Shown: piece by piece, positions 8,669-18,203 of the stretch
How positions within the stretch are numbered: position 1 is the first letter of the stretch
Layout of the letters: each line of letters opens with the position of its first letter
Virus record (IMG/VR): IMGVR_UViG_3300032030_000019
Length of the DNA stretch: 64,000 nt
Direction: 5' to 3' (one strand)
Origin: a virus
Taxonomy: Duplodnaviria; Heunggongvirae; Uroviricota; Caudoviricetes
The notes under the pieces: model-generated
The model's input: only the letters and a program-made list of their open reading frames with translations
Database searches by the model: none
What the model was told of the DNA's origin: nothing
Position numbers and translations under genes: made by a program

Positions 8669-8932
8669 TTATAACAGTAGCTTTGCGGCTTTAGGGTTGA
8701 TAATTATTGTGCCCACGGTTAACGCCACTGATAACAATGAGCAAATTCCGCATATGAGTTGAACAACCGCATGCGAATCCATTTTTCTTTTCACCATACC
8801 CTCTTGTTGTGGCTGTACCTGAACGACTTCTTGTGCACGTACGGGTGGTTTCTCTATCAGACCCAAACGTATTTTTGTAGCTAAAATTCGTTCATCCAAC
8901 TCTTTTAATCTCTGACGTTCCGCTATTGTCAT
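8669..8932 (-). CDS. hypothetical protein with C-terminal TM helix
   Basis: VVQLICGICSLLSVALTVGTIII hydrophobic stretch. Confidence 0.4.
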   Translation of the reverse strand: MTIAERQRLKELDERILATKIRLGLIEKPPVRAQEVVQVQPQQEGMVKRKMDSHAVVQLICGICSLLSVALTVGTIIINPKAAKLLL

Positions 8933-9109
8933 GTAGTCTCCTATCTCTCACGTGTAAACTTAATTACCTTTCCATCCTTAAATACAAGTACGTCATCGCG
9001 AATGTAAGGTGGAAGTGGGCATGTACGTTTAGGCTTACGTGTGCTTAACCATAATGTAACACTGCCTAATAAGCACGTAACAATGCCCGTGATCCAACGT
9101 TTCCACATC

Positions 9110-9391
9110 TTAAAAATGTTCCCTCACGTCTTCCCCATCTATGAAATGTACGTTATCGCCATCAACCTCATACGTTGCGATTACGTGTTCTTTGGGTACG
9201 AACCGAGCTAACTCAGGGCTTTCCCATGTTTTATTCCATTCATCTTCCTCATATTGAAAACCCCATTTGTCACCAAAACTCTTAAACATTGCGTTACGTG
9301 TTTCAGTATACGTACCATATATTCGGACAGCGTTACCACCTAAACGTTGTCCACTTCCAAATGTAAATATGTATGCTTTACGTTCATTCAT
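9110..9391 (-). CDS. hypothetical protein (93 aa)
   Basis: ORF. Confidence 0.4.
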   Translation of the reverse strand: MNERKAYIFTFGSGQRLGGNAVRIYGTYTETRNAMFKSFGDKWGFQYEEDEWNKTWESPELARFVPKEHVIATYEVDGDNVHFIDGEDVREHF

Positions 9392-9393
9392 AA

Positions 9394-9876
9394 TTACGCC
9401 TCCTTAATGCGCATATTCTCAGGTGGTAACGTCGGCTCGGAAATTGTTGAACAGTAATAGTCCATATAATCACCTCCGTACGCACGTGCGAGCACATTTG
9501 ACCACCCACGTAGCGAATATTCAAGGCGATACGTATTGTTTATTATGGGACAACCGAATTCACCATGTTGATGATAATCAGGATCAAACTTAATGTTCGT
9601 TGCCTTCAAATAATCAACAAGTACGTTTTCACAACTATCCATGAACAAACTTATGTCGCCACCTTTGTACCTATCCCAGTCTGTAAATTGCGTATCACCC
9701 CAATGCGTAAAACCGGTGACTTTGTACAATGGATCGGTAGCCTCTGTAACCTTACCGGTTGTCACATTAAATCCACAAGCTATGAGTGCGTTTTTTACGG
9801 AATTAAGATGATTATTGACTTCTTCCTTTGTTAAGTCATCAGGTATTTCACATTCAAAGATAATGTTTACATTCAT
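9394..9876 (-). CDS. hypothetical protein (160 aa)
   Basis: ORF. Confidence 0.45.
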   Translation of the reverse strand: MNVNIIFECEIPDDLTKEEVNNHLNSVKNALIACGFNVTTGKVTEATDPLYKVTGFTHWGDTQFTDWDRYKGGDISLFMDSCENVLVDYLKATNIKFDPDYHQHGEFGCPIINNTYRLEYSLRGWSNVLARAYGGDYMDYYCSTISEPTLPPENMRIKEA

Positions 9877-10058
9877 TATGCATCCCTTTTAAGTCTGATT
9901 ATTGTCTTCTTATTTTTAGTTGTCTCTTGATCTGTGTCGGTGTGTAATTGTGGAATATTTTTTGCTACTTCTTTCATATGTTCCCATCCAACAAGAACGA
10001 ACCCTACACATATACACCCACAGACAACAGAGATAATCGCACATATAATACTAAACAT
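9876..10058 (-). CDS. small membrane protein (60 aa)
   Basis: N-terminal TM (IICAIISVVCGCICVGFVLVGW). Confidence 0.35.
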   Translation of the reverse strand: MFSIICAIISVVCGCICVGFVLVGWEHMKEVAKNIPQLHTDTDQETTKNKKTIIRLKRDA

Positions 10059-10075
10059 CTTTACCTCCTTGTGTA

Positions 10076-10312
10076 TTAGTTCTTATCCTCCCAATCATCA
10101 AATACGCCTTCTTCTGTGCAATCCTCTTCCACCTCGATTGAGTCAAGGAAAAGCTTATCACTAATATCTACATTTTCGTGTATTATTTTCACTCTTGGCA
10201 GCTCATTCACGACTGCACGTTTTAATTCATTCTCTGTTACACCGTAAGGCGTACGTATTGCTAATGTTACATTAAAAACAATACCACCCTCTTGAACTCT
10301 AGATACATTCAT
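10076..10312 (-). CDS. hypothetical protein (78 aa)
   Basis: ORF. Confidence 0.4.
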   Translation of the reverse strand: MNVSRVQEGGIVFNVTLAIRTPYGVTENELKRAVVNELPRVKIIHENVDISDKLFLDSIEVEEDCTEEGVFDDWEDKN

Positions 10313-10326
10313 TTTTCACTCCTTTA

Positions 10327-10578
10327 TCATACCCTATGAGAGAATTCTTTATTTAATTTTGACCCATGTGCTGCAAGCATTTGTGCAATTTCATTGCGAT
10401 TATAATAGAGATGGTCCTCATACATCTCCTGTAAAAACGCTTCTGTCTCGCCATCTTCTTCAAGAGTACAAAACAGTGAAGTCCCTACGTCTTCTAATAG
10501 ATCATCCCTATCCACAATAGTCGGATAATCATGATCAGCCAAGTATTCCTCAATGGCTGATGCTACGTACCCGTTCAT
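10327..10578 (-). CDS. hypothetical protein (83 aa)
   Basis: ORF; ATGA overlap with the upstream gene. Confidence 0.4.
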   Translation of the reverse strand: MNGYVASAIEEYLADHDYPTIVDRDDLLEDVGTSLFCTLEEDGETEAFLQEMYEDHLYYNRNEIAQMLAAHGSKLNKEFSHRV

Positions 10579-11123
10579 ACATCGCTCCTTTTAAAACCCT
10601 TTAGTTCCCCTTTCATCCACTTGCATGCCTGTTCACAGATATTATCAAAGTCCTCCATGTATCTACAGATACGCCGCCACCAAGCATCATCTGCGATTAA
10701 CGTACATGTGTCAATGTGATGGAATTTATCAGGATTATTACCCCACGTAGCATCAATTCCAACTTTGTAGACACGGGGTGGATATGCTGAATTTGTATTT
10801 GGAAACAATACAAGATAATGCAACAATTGATCCGTTGTATTTAAATAAGTTTGAAGTCCTAAACCCACCTCACCATCAGATGGCAAAAAGAATGCCCATA
10901 GCGTTTCAGGAACCAAATAATGAAACTTCCCTTTGCCATTAGACATAAATTGCTCACATCTTTTTAGCAGTTCTACCAACTCGAGCAATGTAGCGTTGTT
11001 TTCCTTAGTCCAGGCACCCCATCTCTCCTCGCGCTCCAACAATTTCTTTTGATACTCTTTTTCTTCGTTATCTTTTGCCTCTTCGTATTCTTTCAGCATC
11101 GCATCTAATTCTTCGTCTAACAT
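10575..11123 (-). CDS. hypothetical protein (182 aa)
   Basis: ORF. Confidence 0.45.
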   Translation of the reverse strand: MLDEELDAMLKEYEEAKDNEEKEYQKKLLEREERWGAWTKENNATLLELVELLKRCEQFMSNGKGKFHYLVPETLWAFFLPSDGEVGLGLQTYLNTTDQLLHYLVLFPNTNSAYPPRVYKVGIDATWGNNPDKFHHIDTCTLIADDAWWRRICRYMEDFDNICEQACKWMKGELKGFKRSDV

Positions 11124-11134
11124 TTGTATCCCCC

Positions 11135-11392
11135 TTAACCAAATACGTAATACGGGTCACCAATTCTCGTAGCTATTTTATATACAGTACCACCTTCTGT
11201 ATTATCCTTATTAGCCATTTCTTCGTCTTCATACAAATGGTGTTTTATATCAAAATTATCTGACCAATTTTCACCATCAAAGAATTCCCATGTTTCCGCA
11301 TCGAGGCTTGCGTGTTTGTATATACGTGCAATCACGTACATTGTTTTGTTAAACTCACAATCCTTAATGTAACCATCAAATCTCCCTGCCAT
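11135..11392 (-). CDS. hypothetical protein (85 aa)
   Basis: ORF. Confidence 0.4.
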   Translation of the reverse strand: MAGRFDGYIKDCEFNKTMYVIARIYKHASLDAETWEFFDGENWSDNFDIKHHLYEDEEMANKDNTEGGTVYKIATRIGDPYYVFG

Positions 11393-11393
11393 T

Positions 11394-11660
11394 TTAAATG
11401 CCTCCTACTTCCACCCAAATGCTTCTGCGCTTATCAAAAGCTCCAGCACATAATACGTCAACAAATTCATGACTTCGTAGCCACTTCCAATCTGTAGCTA
11501 ACAATGCTCTTCCATTAACTCTTTCCTCACCAATTACTGATCCATTTGCTACAACCATAGACCCAGCAAAAAGAGCTGACCATTCATCAACGACATAATC
11601 ACAACCAATGTCTTTTAGTATGAATAGTCTCTTTGTTACAGGGGTTCCTTTTCTTTGCAT
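11394..11660 (-). CDS. hypothetical protein (about 88 aa)
   Basis: likely start ATG at 11660 (MQRKGT) with AAGGAG 8 nt upstream and a TAATG overlap with the preceding gene. Confidence 0.45.
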   Translation of the reverse strand: MQRKGTPVTKRLFILKDIGCDYVVDEWSALFAGSMVVANGSVIGEERVNGRALLATDWKWLRSHEFVDVLCAGAFDKRRSIWVEVGGI

Positions 11661-11878
11661 TACCACGTCTCCTTTTTAAATGGTAGTCCGGGGTTTAAGT
11701 ACCCACATGTGGGAGCTCCTATACCAACTATCCAATCCAAAAACTCTGTGATAATTACATTACGATGGTAATGCAACGACTTACTACAAAAGGATTGATC
11801 CCCACGCCAAAAGAGGGTGTGCTCATTATACAATTCAGTCAGATAGTATGATACTCCAATTTCTGAACTTGTTACCAC
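11660..11878 (-). CDS. small protein, NPG tail family (YLNPGLPFKKETW)
   Basis: conserved C-terminal tail; its Lys-Glu codons (AAGGAG) form the SD of the next gene. Confidence 0.5.
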   Translation of the reverse strand: MVTSSEIGVSYYLTELYNEHTLFWRGDQSFCSKSLHYHRNVIITEFLDWIVGIGAPTCGYLNPGLPFKKETW

Positions 11879-12087
11879 TTATCCTCCTTGAACCGAAAAC
11901 CCGGATTTAGAAAGCCATAAGCATGCTCGTTAGTAGCATACCTATGCGAAAACTCACCTATATACTCACTACTTTCAAGCTCTAAGAAAAAAGGGTCATC
12001 ATAGTCTATAGGAATACTATCATTACCTATTATCAAATCAATAAATATTGCTTGTAGATGCCATCTTGTGCCCACTTCCATCACCAC
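11872..12087 (-). CDS. small protein, NPG tail family (FLNPGFRFKEDKW)
   Basis: same tail and the same 7-nt overlap geometry. Confidence 0.5.
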   Translation of the reverse strand: MVMEVGTRWHLQAIFIDLIIGNDSIPIDYDDPFFLELESSEYIGEFSHRYATNEHAYGFLNPGFRFKEDKW

Positions 12088-12314
12088 ACCTCCGAGTCAA
12101 AGCTAAAGCCCGGATTGTAATGTGAGCGTTGTAGATTCATATGAAAATCGAACGTTTCATTGAACTCCAGGATAAATGACGAGCGGTTTTGATAGAGTAA
12201 GACGTCAATGTAATTACAATAAATGTAATAACAACCAAAGACGCCCTCTCCATCCTCAGACATGCTACGGCACAGATAGGAGTTACCAATTACGTTAGCG
12301 ATCACGTTTGTCAT
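12081..12314 (-). CDS. small protein, NPG tail family (YNPGFSFDSEVW)
   Basis: same tail; GGAGGTG SD and a TGATG overlap with the next gene. Confidence 0.5.
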   Translation of the reverse strand: MTNVIANVIGNSYLCRSMSEDGEGVFGCYYIYCNYIDVLLYQNRSSFILEFNETFDFHMNLQRSHYNPGFSFDSEVW

Positions 12315-13422
12315 TATTGCAACGTGAGCACAACATTTGGCAATTTTCTTCCACAGTACGTCCGCCCTTTGACCATGGCACTACGTGATCACCTTGCATG
12401 TCCTCAAACGTAAACTCACCACCACATATAGCGCACTTATGCCCCTGACGTTCATACATACGTCTCTTCATTTGTTCAGGGAACGTACGTATGGATAAGT
12501 ACTTCTCATCGTGAGTTGTACGTTCAGACAATATGTACGGAATTATACCTGTTTGTTTAGTTACATCCTCATCCATAACCAACTTATTTATGGTTTCACG
12601 TAATTCATTTGTGTTATATACGTGGCCATGATATTTGTTATAGAGTGTGCCCCAATCCTGATTCTCCGTTAACTTTTTCGGTACGTCAGGGAACATACGT
12701 TTGGCCCACGATATAACCTCTTGAAAGTACAACCACAATTCGTTGGCATCCACGTCATGCTGATGTAGGGCCATGTACTGTTCCAACGTTATGCCGTCAC
12801 GTTCAGCTATCCACGTCAATGCCTTTTCCAAATATTCCTGACGTATGGAGTTCGCCTTTACATACCCGTCTGACATTTGTGCCGCAGCGCACCCACGTTT
12901 ACTGAAATAACGTTTGGCGTCTGAGATGAACGTTCCGGCATACGTAGCGTTTAACAATTCTTGGTTTGTTAATGGTACACCTGCAATGTTTATAATCTTG
13001 AACCATGCCAAACGTTCCTCTGTTGTACCCTCACATATGTATACTGTAACCTCGTAATCAAGTATACGTTGCTGCTCAGTTTCGGTAAGGTTACGCATGT
13101 ATTTTTCATGTCCGTCAATTTTAATAGGGTACATATTCTCCAAATACTGACCTATTGAGATCGTACGTTGCTGTCCATCAATAACCTCATATTCTGAGTC
13201 TGACACTTTTGACCAATACATCGTGTTCAATGGGAAACCATTGTAAACTGAATTAATGACAGCTCTACGTTGTTGATCGTTATACACAAACTCACGCTGA
13301 TACATGGGGCGTACAGTTAACTTATGATCAGCATTGTAATACGTGAATACGCCATCATCTTTAAGATCTATATACCCCTCACATAGATCTCGTACTTTAA
13401 TTTTTGCTTCTGTTATCTTCAT
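12295..13422 (-). CDS. DUF262 (ParB/GmrS-like, DGQQR motif) + C-terminal HNH endonuclease fusion
   Basis: YQREF...VIDGQQRTISIGQYL (DUF262 hallmark) and C-terminal HKCAICGGEF...GDHVVPWSKGG...NCQMLCSRCNNDK (HNH); 26-nt overlap with the upstream methyltransferase. Confidence 0.7.
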   Translation of the reverse strand: MKITEAKIKVRDLCEGYIDLKDDGVFTYYNADHKLTVRPMYQREFVYNDQQRRAVINSVYNGFPLNTMYWSKVSDSEYEVIDGQQRTISIGQYLENMYPIKIDGHEKYMRNLTETEQQRILDYEVTVYICEGTTEERLAWFKIINIAGVPLTNQELLNATYAGTFISDAKRYFSKRGCAAAQMSDGYVKANSIRQEYLEKALTWIAERDGITLEQYMALHQHDVDANELWLYFQEVISWAKRMFPDVPKKLTENQDWGTLYNKYHGHVYNTNELRETINKLVMDEDVTKQTGIIPYILSERTTHDEKYLSIRTFPEQMKRRMYERQGHKCAICGGEFTFEDMQGDHVVPWSKGGRTVEENCQMLCSRCNNDKRDR

Positions 13423-14347
13423 CTTGTGCTCTCCTTTTAATTAAGATTCTAAAATACGGACATTGTCCATTAATGCTTAGATCTTTGTCATTGTTACCTT
13501 TACGAAATTTAATAATTTCAAATTGTTCAGGATTGTACTTATCTACAAAGGTGACGGGGACTCCCATAACTCCGTAATAATCTTTAGGAATCAGAGCTAT
13601 ATCTCCGACTCGTTCCTTCTTTTTGTTTGTTTTCCCGATATCAATGGCATCATAATTATCATATTTAGGGAATTTCATAGGGTCATATGTTTCCCATAAG
13701 ATGAGGTCTTCATGACGCTTTTGTATATCTAAGTTTGTAAACCAACGACATAACCCCGAAACTTTCTTTGTAGTTCCACTTGGTGTATCAAATTCATTAG
13801 GACTAGTATAACCTAACCATACTCGATTATCCTTGATTAACGGAAATATCTCTTTATAAGTTATGCTATTTTTATTTCCAACAATCAAAAACTTTTTATT
13901 ATATTTCATCAATAATTCTATATAGTCACGAAAAAGACTAAATGGTGGGTTAGTCACAATGATGTCAGCTTCCTTTAACAACTCAACACATTCTTCGCTT
14001 CTAAAATCTCCATTACCACTTAGAAACGATTGTGTACCAATATCAATATCATTATCATTACCGCCTTCGTATTCGAGTTTATATGAAAACTTATCGCGTT
14101 CATAATGCGTAGATATGAGTTTTTTTAACCCTAACAACTGAAATTTAAGGTGGAAGTATTTCCAAAAAGCAGATGTTGTTGGGTCATCGCAATTACAGAA
14201 TACGATCTTATTTTTGAAATGTTTGTCATAATGGCACAGTTCGTTGGATACATCATCTAATTTTGTATAAAATTCATCATTCTTTTCTTTCTTTGCCTTA
14301 TGTAAATTCTTATTACTCATGTTTATTACCCCTCCTATACTCACCAT
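13397..14347 (-). CDS. N6-adenine DNA methyltransferase, EcoRI-methylase-like
   Basis: IVTNPPFSLF (motif IV NPPF), KNDEFYT, KIVFCNCDDP, YYGVMGVPVTF...NPEQFEI; from memory this resembles M.EcoRI-family enzymes. Confidence 0.65.
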   Translation of the reverse strand: MVSIGGVINMSNKNLHKAKKEKNDEFYTKLDDVSNELCHYDKHFKNKIVFCNCDDPTTSAFWKYFHLKFQLLGLKKLISTHYERDKFSYKLEYEGGNDNDIDIGTQSFLSGNGDFRSEECVELLKEADIIVTNPPFSLFRDYIELLMKYNKKFLIVGNKNSITYKEIFPLIKDNRVWLGYTSPNEFDTPSGTTKKVSGLCRWFTNLDIQKRHEDLILWETYDPMKFPKYDNYDAIDIGKTNKKKERVGDIALIPKDYYGVMGVPVTFVDKYNPEQFEIIKFRKGNNDKDLSINGQCPYFRILIKRRAQDEDNRSKN

Positions 14348-14631
14348 GTCTCCTCATTAAATCTCCTAGCAGGATTATACCAACCAAGCCCATGTTTTAA
14401 GATACGGGAATCTAAGTAGAACTCACTACAGTACCACACATCAAAATCCCCACCCGCAGCTAAAGCTTCTGTAATACAATACAAAAGCTTCATGGGGATG
14501 TGGGGTTTAAGTATATACCATGTATCGTGATGATTCCATGCACTATGTTTTAGTAGTGAAGTACCAGGTTGTAGGATCTCCATGTGATTAAACGTATCCC
14601 CGACGTCCGCCATGATGTTTGTCTTACGCAT
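14341..14631 (-). CDS. small protein, NPG tail family (WYNPARRFNEETW)
   Basis: conserved tail; 7-nt overlap with the methyltransferase start. Confidence 0.5.
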   Translation of the reverse strand: MRKTNIMADVGDTFNHMEILQPGTSLLKHSAWNHHDTWYILKPHIPMKLLYCITEALAAGGDFDVWYCSEFYLDSRILKHGLGWYNPARRFNEETW

Positions 14632-14634
14632 GCC

Positions 14635-14997
14635 TTACGTACTCAAAACGTCTTCATTCACGTTTGCAAAATCGTCTGTACCATATGGACTACGTAAAGT
14701 AAAGTTTTTTCCGTTATACGTTTTTGCAGGACGTTTAGGTATATCCACATATTGCCAACGTTCTGCCCCATCGAATGACTGACGTTTAAGATACCAATCA
14801 TCCCCTACGATTAAAATATCATCCACAATCTCCTGTATGCCGTACCCACTATCATAATCAAGTACTGACGCGACATCCTTAAACGCGTCAATATCAAGTT
14901 CAATCTCACGTGTTCCAACCCAGCGTACATCATTCCACGTTTTGTGATTACGCGACAGCACATGATTTGTCTCGGTTAAAAAATTTATCATCTTCAT
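14635..14997 (-). CDS. hypothetical protein (120 aa)
   Basis: ORF. Confidence 0.45.
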   Translation of the reverse strand: MKMINFLTETNHVLSRNHKTWNDVRWVGTREIELDIDAFKDVASVLDYDSGYGIQEIVDDILIVGDDWYLKRQSFDGAERWQYVDIPKRPAKTYNGKNFTLRSPYGTDDFANVNEDVLST

Positions 14998-15177
14998 CTC
15001 CTTAATATATTGGATTACCCCATTGTGTGACGTCTATCTCGGCGTATTCAGATAAATCATGCATATTTGAACATATACCTCGAATGAGCTTCTCGAACTT
15101 CTCTTGATAAGATTCATCCTTCAGACCGTTATTCAGAATATCTTCATATAACTCATCGAATTCTTCATCTTCCATTT

Positions 15178-15483
15178 TTATACTCCTTCTGAAGGTGGTA
15201 ATGTCTTACATTTCAGTTTATTCTGAGTACATCCCTTACACGATTCACTACGTGTAGGATCGAGTTTGAGGTGTAGGTTAATAGGATCTTTAGCTGTGGT
15301 CATTCCTCGCAGACTCAGATATGGCACATCTTCTAAGTTAGGACTCCATGCCATTTTAACACCTAATCTCCGTAAATGTTGATCATCCACAAAACCTTCT
15401 ATCGTAACTATTTTTATAATCTCTTCTGTAAACGGACAATGTACATACAGATATATCATATTATGTCTCCTTAAAAAAAACAT
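15178..15483 (-). CDS. hypothetical protein (101 aa)
   Basis: ORF. Confidence 0.4.
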   Translation of the reverse strand: MFFLRRHNMIYLYVHCPFTEEIIKIVTIEGFVDDQHLRRLGVKMAWSPNLEDVPYLSLRGMTTAKDPINLHLKLDPTRSESCKGCTQNKLKCKTLPPSEGV

Positions 15484-15522
15484 ACGTTAGCGCCACGTAC
15501 GGCACTAACGTATATACACACG

Positions 15523-16509
15523 TCAGAACGAATAACGACCACTTGCTTCCATTTCACCCTTGATCCAATTACGAATACGGTGGAAATCATCTGAACCAAC
15601 GTAGGTCTCACGTAAGTTCTCAGGTACAGCCGACTCAAGTGAGAGGAACGTATTCATGATGTCCTGTGTATGTGAGAAGTATGCTGACGGACGTCCTTTC
15701 ATACCACCACGCTGTTCAGTCAGGAAGTCTATGATATCCTTACGTCGCTGCCAGAACTTATGCAAACGTTCAGCCTGTTCGTTTTCCAACAGTGAGCCCT
15801 CAAGTATCTCCTGTAAATGGTCAACCCAATACGTGTTCTTTACGTACAGACAATACAGAAGTACGCCTGTTTTGACATCATCGTATCGCCCAACGTTACG
15901 CCCAAACTTAAAGCTCAAGCCTGTTAACGTAAATGGCGACTCCGCGTTGTAACGTTCAAGTACCTCATACATTGCTTTCGTTACTGTCAACGGATCCCAG
16001 CCAACACGTGTGAACGATGCCACATTCTTAAGCACGGACGTCTCAGTCTGTGGCTTACGTAAGGCATCAGCAATTGAACGTTTACGCTGACGATCGATGG
16101 TCTCATATGCGTCATCACGTTCGCCCATACTTAATTGTACGACACACTCACCTGGTATATGTCCCCATACGTGTCGAATTGCCTCAAGACGATGCTGACC
16201 ATTCAACAGGACCCACGATTCTGATATTCCAATACCCTGCTCAGGTGCATATATCAATCCTGAGTTTACAAGACTATTTTCAAGTTTCTTTTTAGCATCT
16301 GCACTCATGGTACGATTAGCCTCATTACGTTCCAACAGTGCCTCGATAAGTGGAAGTGTCAGTTTTACAGCAGCCGTAACCACACCATTATACTCGGTTG
16401 CTATCCCATTTCCTGCATATTCCACTTTTTCGCCATCACAAAACAGTTCGGTGCCTCTTAACTCCAACTGATGTTTCTTAATGGTCTTTGAATTTCTAAC
16501 TACTCTCAT
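15523..16509 (-). CDS. DGQHR-domain protein (DndB/ParB-like nuclease-fold family)
   Basis: WVLLNGQHRLEAIRHVWG contains the (D/N)GQHR signature of the DndB/DpdB-like ParB-fold family. Confidence 0.55.
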   Translation of the reverse strand: MRVVRNSKTIKKHQLELRGTELFCDGEKVEYAGNGIATEYNGVVTAAVKLTLPLIEALLERNEANRTMSADAKKKLENSLVNSGLIYAPEQGIGISESWVLLNGQHRLEAIRHVWGHIPGECVVQLSMGERDDAYETIDRQRKRSIADALRKPQTETSVLKNVASFTRVGWDPLTVTKAMYEVLERYNAESPFTLTGLSFKFGRNVGRYDDVKTGVLLYCLYVKNTYWVDHLQEILEGSLLENEQAERLHKFWQRRKDIIDFLTEQRGGMKGRPSAYFSHTQDIMNTFLSLESAVPENLRETYVGSDDFHRIRNWIKGEMEASGRYSF

Positions 16510-16527
16510 TTTTGAGCTCCTTATATT

Positions 16528-16558
16528 AATTTATTTTATATTTTTTATTATATAACCC
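16528..16558 (-). promoter_or_regulatory. candidate sigma70-like promoter for the DGQHR gene
   Basis: minus-strand TATAAT at 16547..16552, about 30 nt upstream of AAGGAGCTCAAAAATG; weak -35 (TTCGGG). Confidence 0.3.
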
Positions 16559-16872
16559 GAATTTGATTCCCGAACACTATATCCGCCTTCTTCTAGCTCA
16601 TAGGCGTCCTCCTTTGATACAAAACCTCTGTATTCGATCTCGATAGGTTTATAGTGATCAGCCATATCAAGACAATTTTTTTAAACGTTCCCACACACTC
16701 ATGCTTGCCTCTTAAAAATTTTATCTATCCAACGTATCAGCTTGTCCAACCAACTTGCCTTGCCATATTTCCTACAACGGTTGATTCTGAATTCATCAAT
16801 AGACATCATTTTTTCTATTTTCCCTTTTGGTCTTTCTTGATACACTTGCATAGCCCCTCCTCATACAAGCTT

Positions 16873-17256
16873 CTATATCCACCTTTTCTTACGTGTCCAT
16901 GTCATCGGTCGTAAACACGGGAACGCCTCCGTGAACTGACTTAAATGTTTAGTTGTAGTAGCCGATAGATAACGTGGCCATAACGCGAGATCTGTATCCA
17001 CCCATAGCTCCGTTCCATCGCTATTTAAATGCCACTTATTTGACAGTGTGATGATAGGTGTGCTGTATGAAATTAATGTGACCTCTTCAGAACCCGTATC
17101 TTCTAACTGTCGTCTTTTCATAACAGCTTTTCGTCTGGCTCCGCCTGCTTCTTTCGTTTTGTATGTTTTAGTTTTCCAATCATATCTTTGGATATAAAAT
17201 GGCTCATACCCATACCATTTTGCCTCAGATAGCGTCCAATACATATACTGTCCCAT
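16873..17256 (-). CDS. hypothetical protein (127 aa)
   Basis: ORF with AAGGAG SD. Confidence 0.45.
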   Translation of the reverse strand: MGQYMYWTLSEAKWYGYEPFYIQRYDWKTKTYKTKEAGGARRKAVMKRRQLEDTGSEEVTLISYSTPIITLSNKWHLNSDGTELWVDTDLALWPRYLSATTTKHLSQFTEAFPCLRPMTWTRKKRWI

Positions 17257-17258
17257 AC

Positions 17259-17570
17259 CTACTCCTTTGGCCTGTTTTTATATTCTTTCCATTGTTGCAT
17301 ACGTTCTTCCTCCGTAAGTTTAACTTTTTCATCCGTAAGTTCAACGTTTGGATTTACGTGTTGCTTTGCTACGAACATATCACATAAATATGCGTCACCC
17401 ACGTAAGCATCTAAGTAATCACAACGTCCAAACATAATGTGATCACAATTCGCACAACACGTCGAACTACGCCTATAATGAACTTTGTCTTTTAATAAGG
17501 CTTCCACTTGCTGACGTAATCTCTCATTCTCCGCACGTAACTGTTCTATCGTTTCCATTATGCCCTCCAC
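17259..17570 (-). CDS. hypothetical protein, coiled-coil plus Cys cluster
   Basis: N-terminal coiled coil (IEQLRAENERLRQQVEALLK), then CCANCDH...GRCDY...LCD. Confidence 0.4.
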   Translation of the reverse strand: MEGIMETIEQLRAENERLRQQVEALLKDKVHYRRSSTCCANCDHIMFGRCDYLDAYVGDAYLCDMFVAKQHVNPNVELTDEKVKLTEEERMQQWKEYKNRPKE

Positions 17571-18190
17571 GTATCAGCATCCACATCAAACAATTGACGC
17601 TTATTCATTGGTCGTAATGTTGTTAATGTGTGTCCATCCACAAACTTATAGAACACATCCCCCAACGTCTCACTTACGAACAAACGTCTGCCATTATCCC
17701 CGTATTCATCCCCGTCAAACACATAGAGCACGTGCTGTTCGTAGTCTTCAAAATTATCCCACAACGTTGACATGCGTACACCAACGTCAAGCTCGTATAC
17801 GTATGGTGACATCGGGTCTACGTTGGCTGGACTTCCACAACGTTCGCTCTCACGCATCACGTCTAGTGTGTTGTCTATTGCATACTCTATATCACTATCC
17901 TCCAAAGATGAATAATTACTAAGTTCATCAGTGAGATCATCTAAAAACATTCGTTGTAAGTGTGGATTACTATGAAACTCGTCAATCTTAAATGGTAGGT
18001 CGTGATCTTCTTCATTATACCCATCGAAATATCTGTCTTCAAGTTCAGCCAGACAATCCGTAGCCACCCAATATTGATATGCAATAACATTCGGATGAAA
18101 CAGATTAATAGCGTTAGAGTTTTCTGATTTTTCTTGCACCCTCCATCCACTATCACCAACAGGGATTTGTTCTCGTTCCCATCTTGTCAT
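17558..18190 (-). CDS. acidic hypothetical protein (210 aa)
   Basis: GAGGAGG SD; preceded by the conserved intergenic motif. Confidence 0.45.
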   Translation of the reverse strand: MTRWEREQIPVGDSGWRVQEKSENSNAINLFHPNVIAYQYWVATDCLAELEDRYFDGYNEEDHDLPFKIDEFHSNPHLQRMFLDDLTDELSNYSSLEDSDIEYAIDNTLDVMRESERCGSPANVDPMSPYVYELDVGVRMSTLWDNFEDYEQHVLYVFDGDEYGDNGRRLFVSETLGDVFYKFVDGHTLTTLRPMNKRQLFDVDADTWRA

Positions 18191-18203
18191 ATCGCCTCCT
18201 CGC

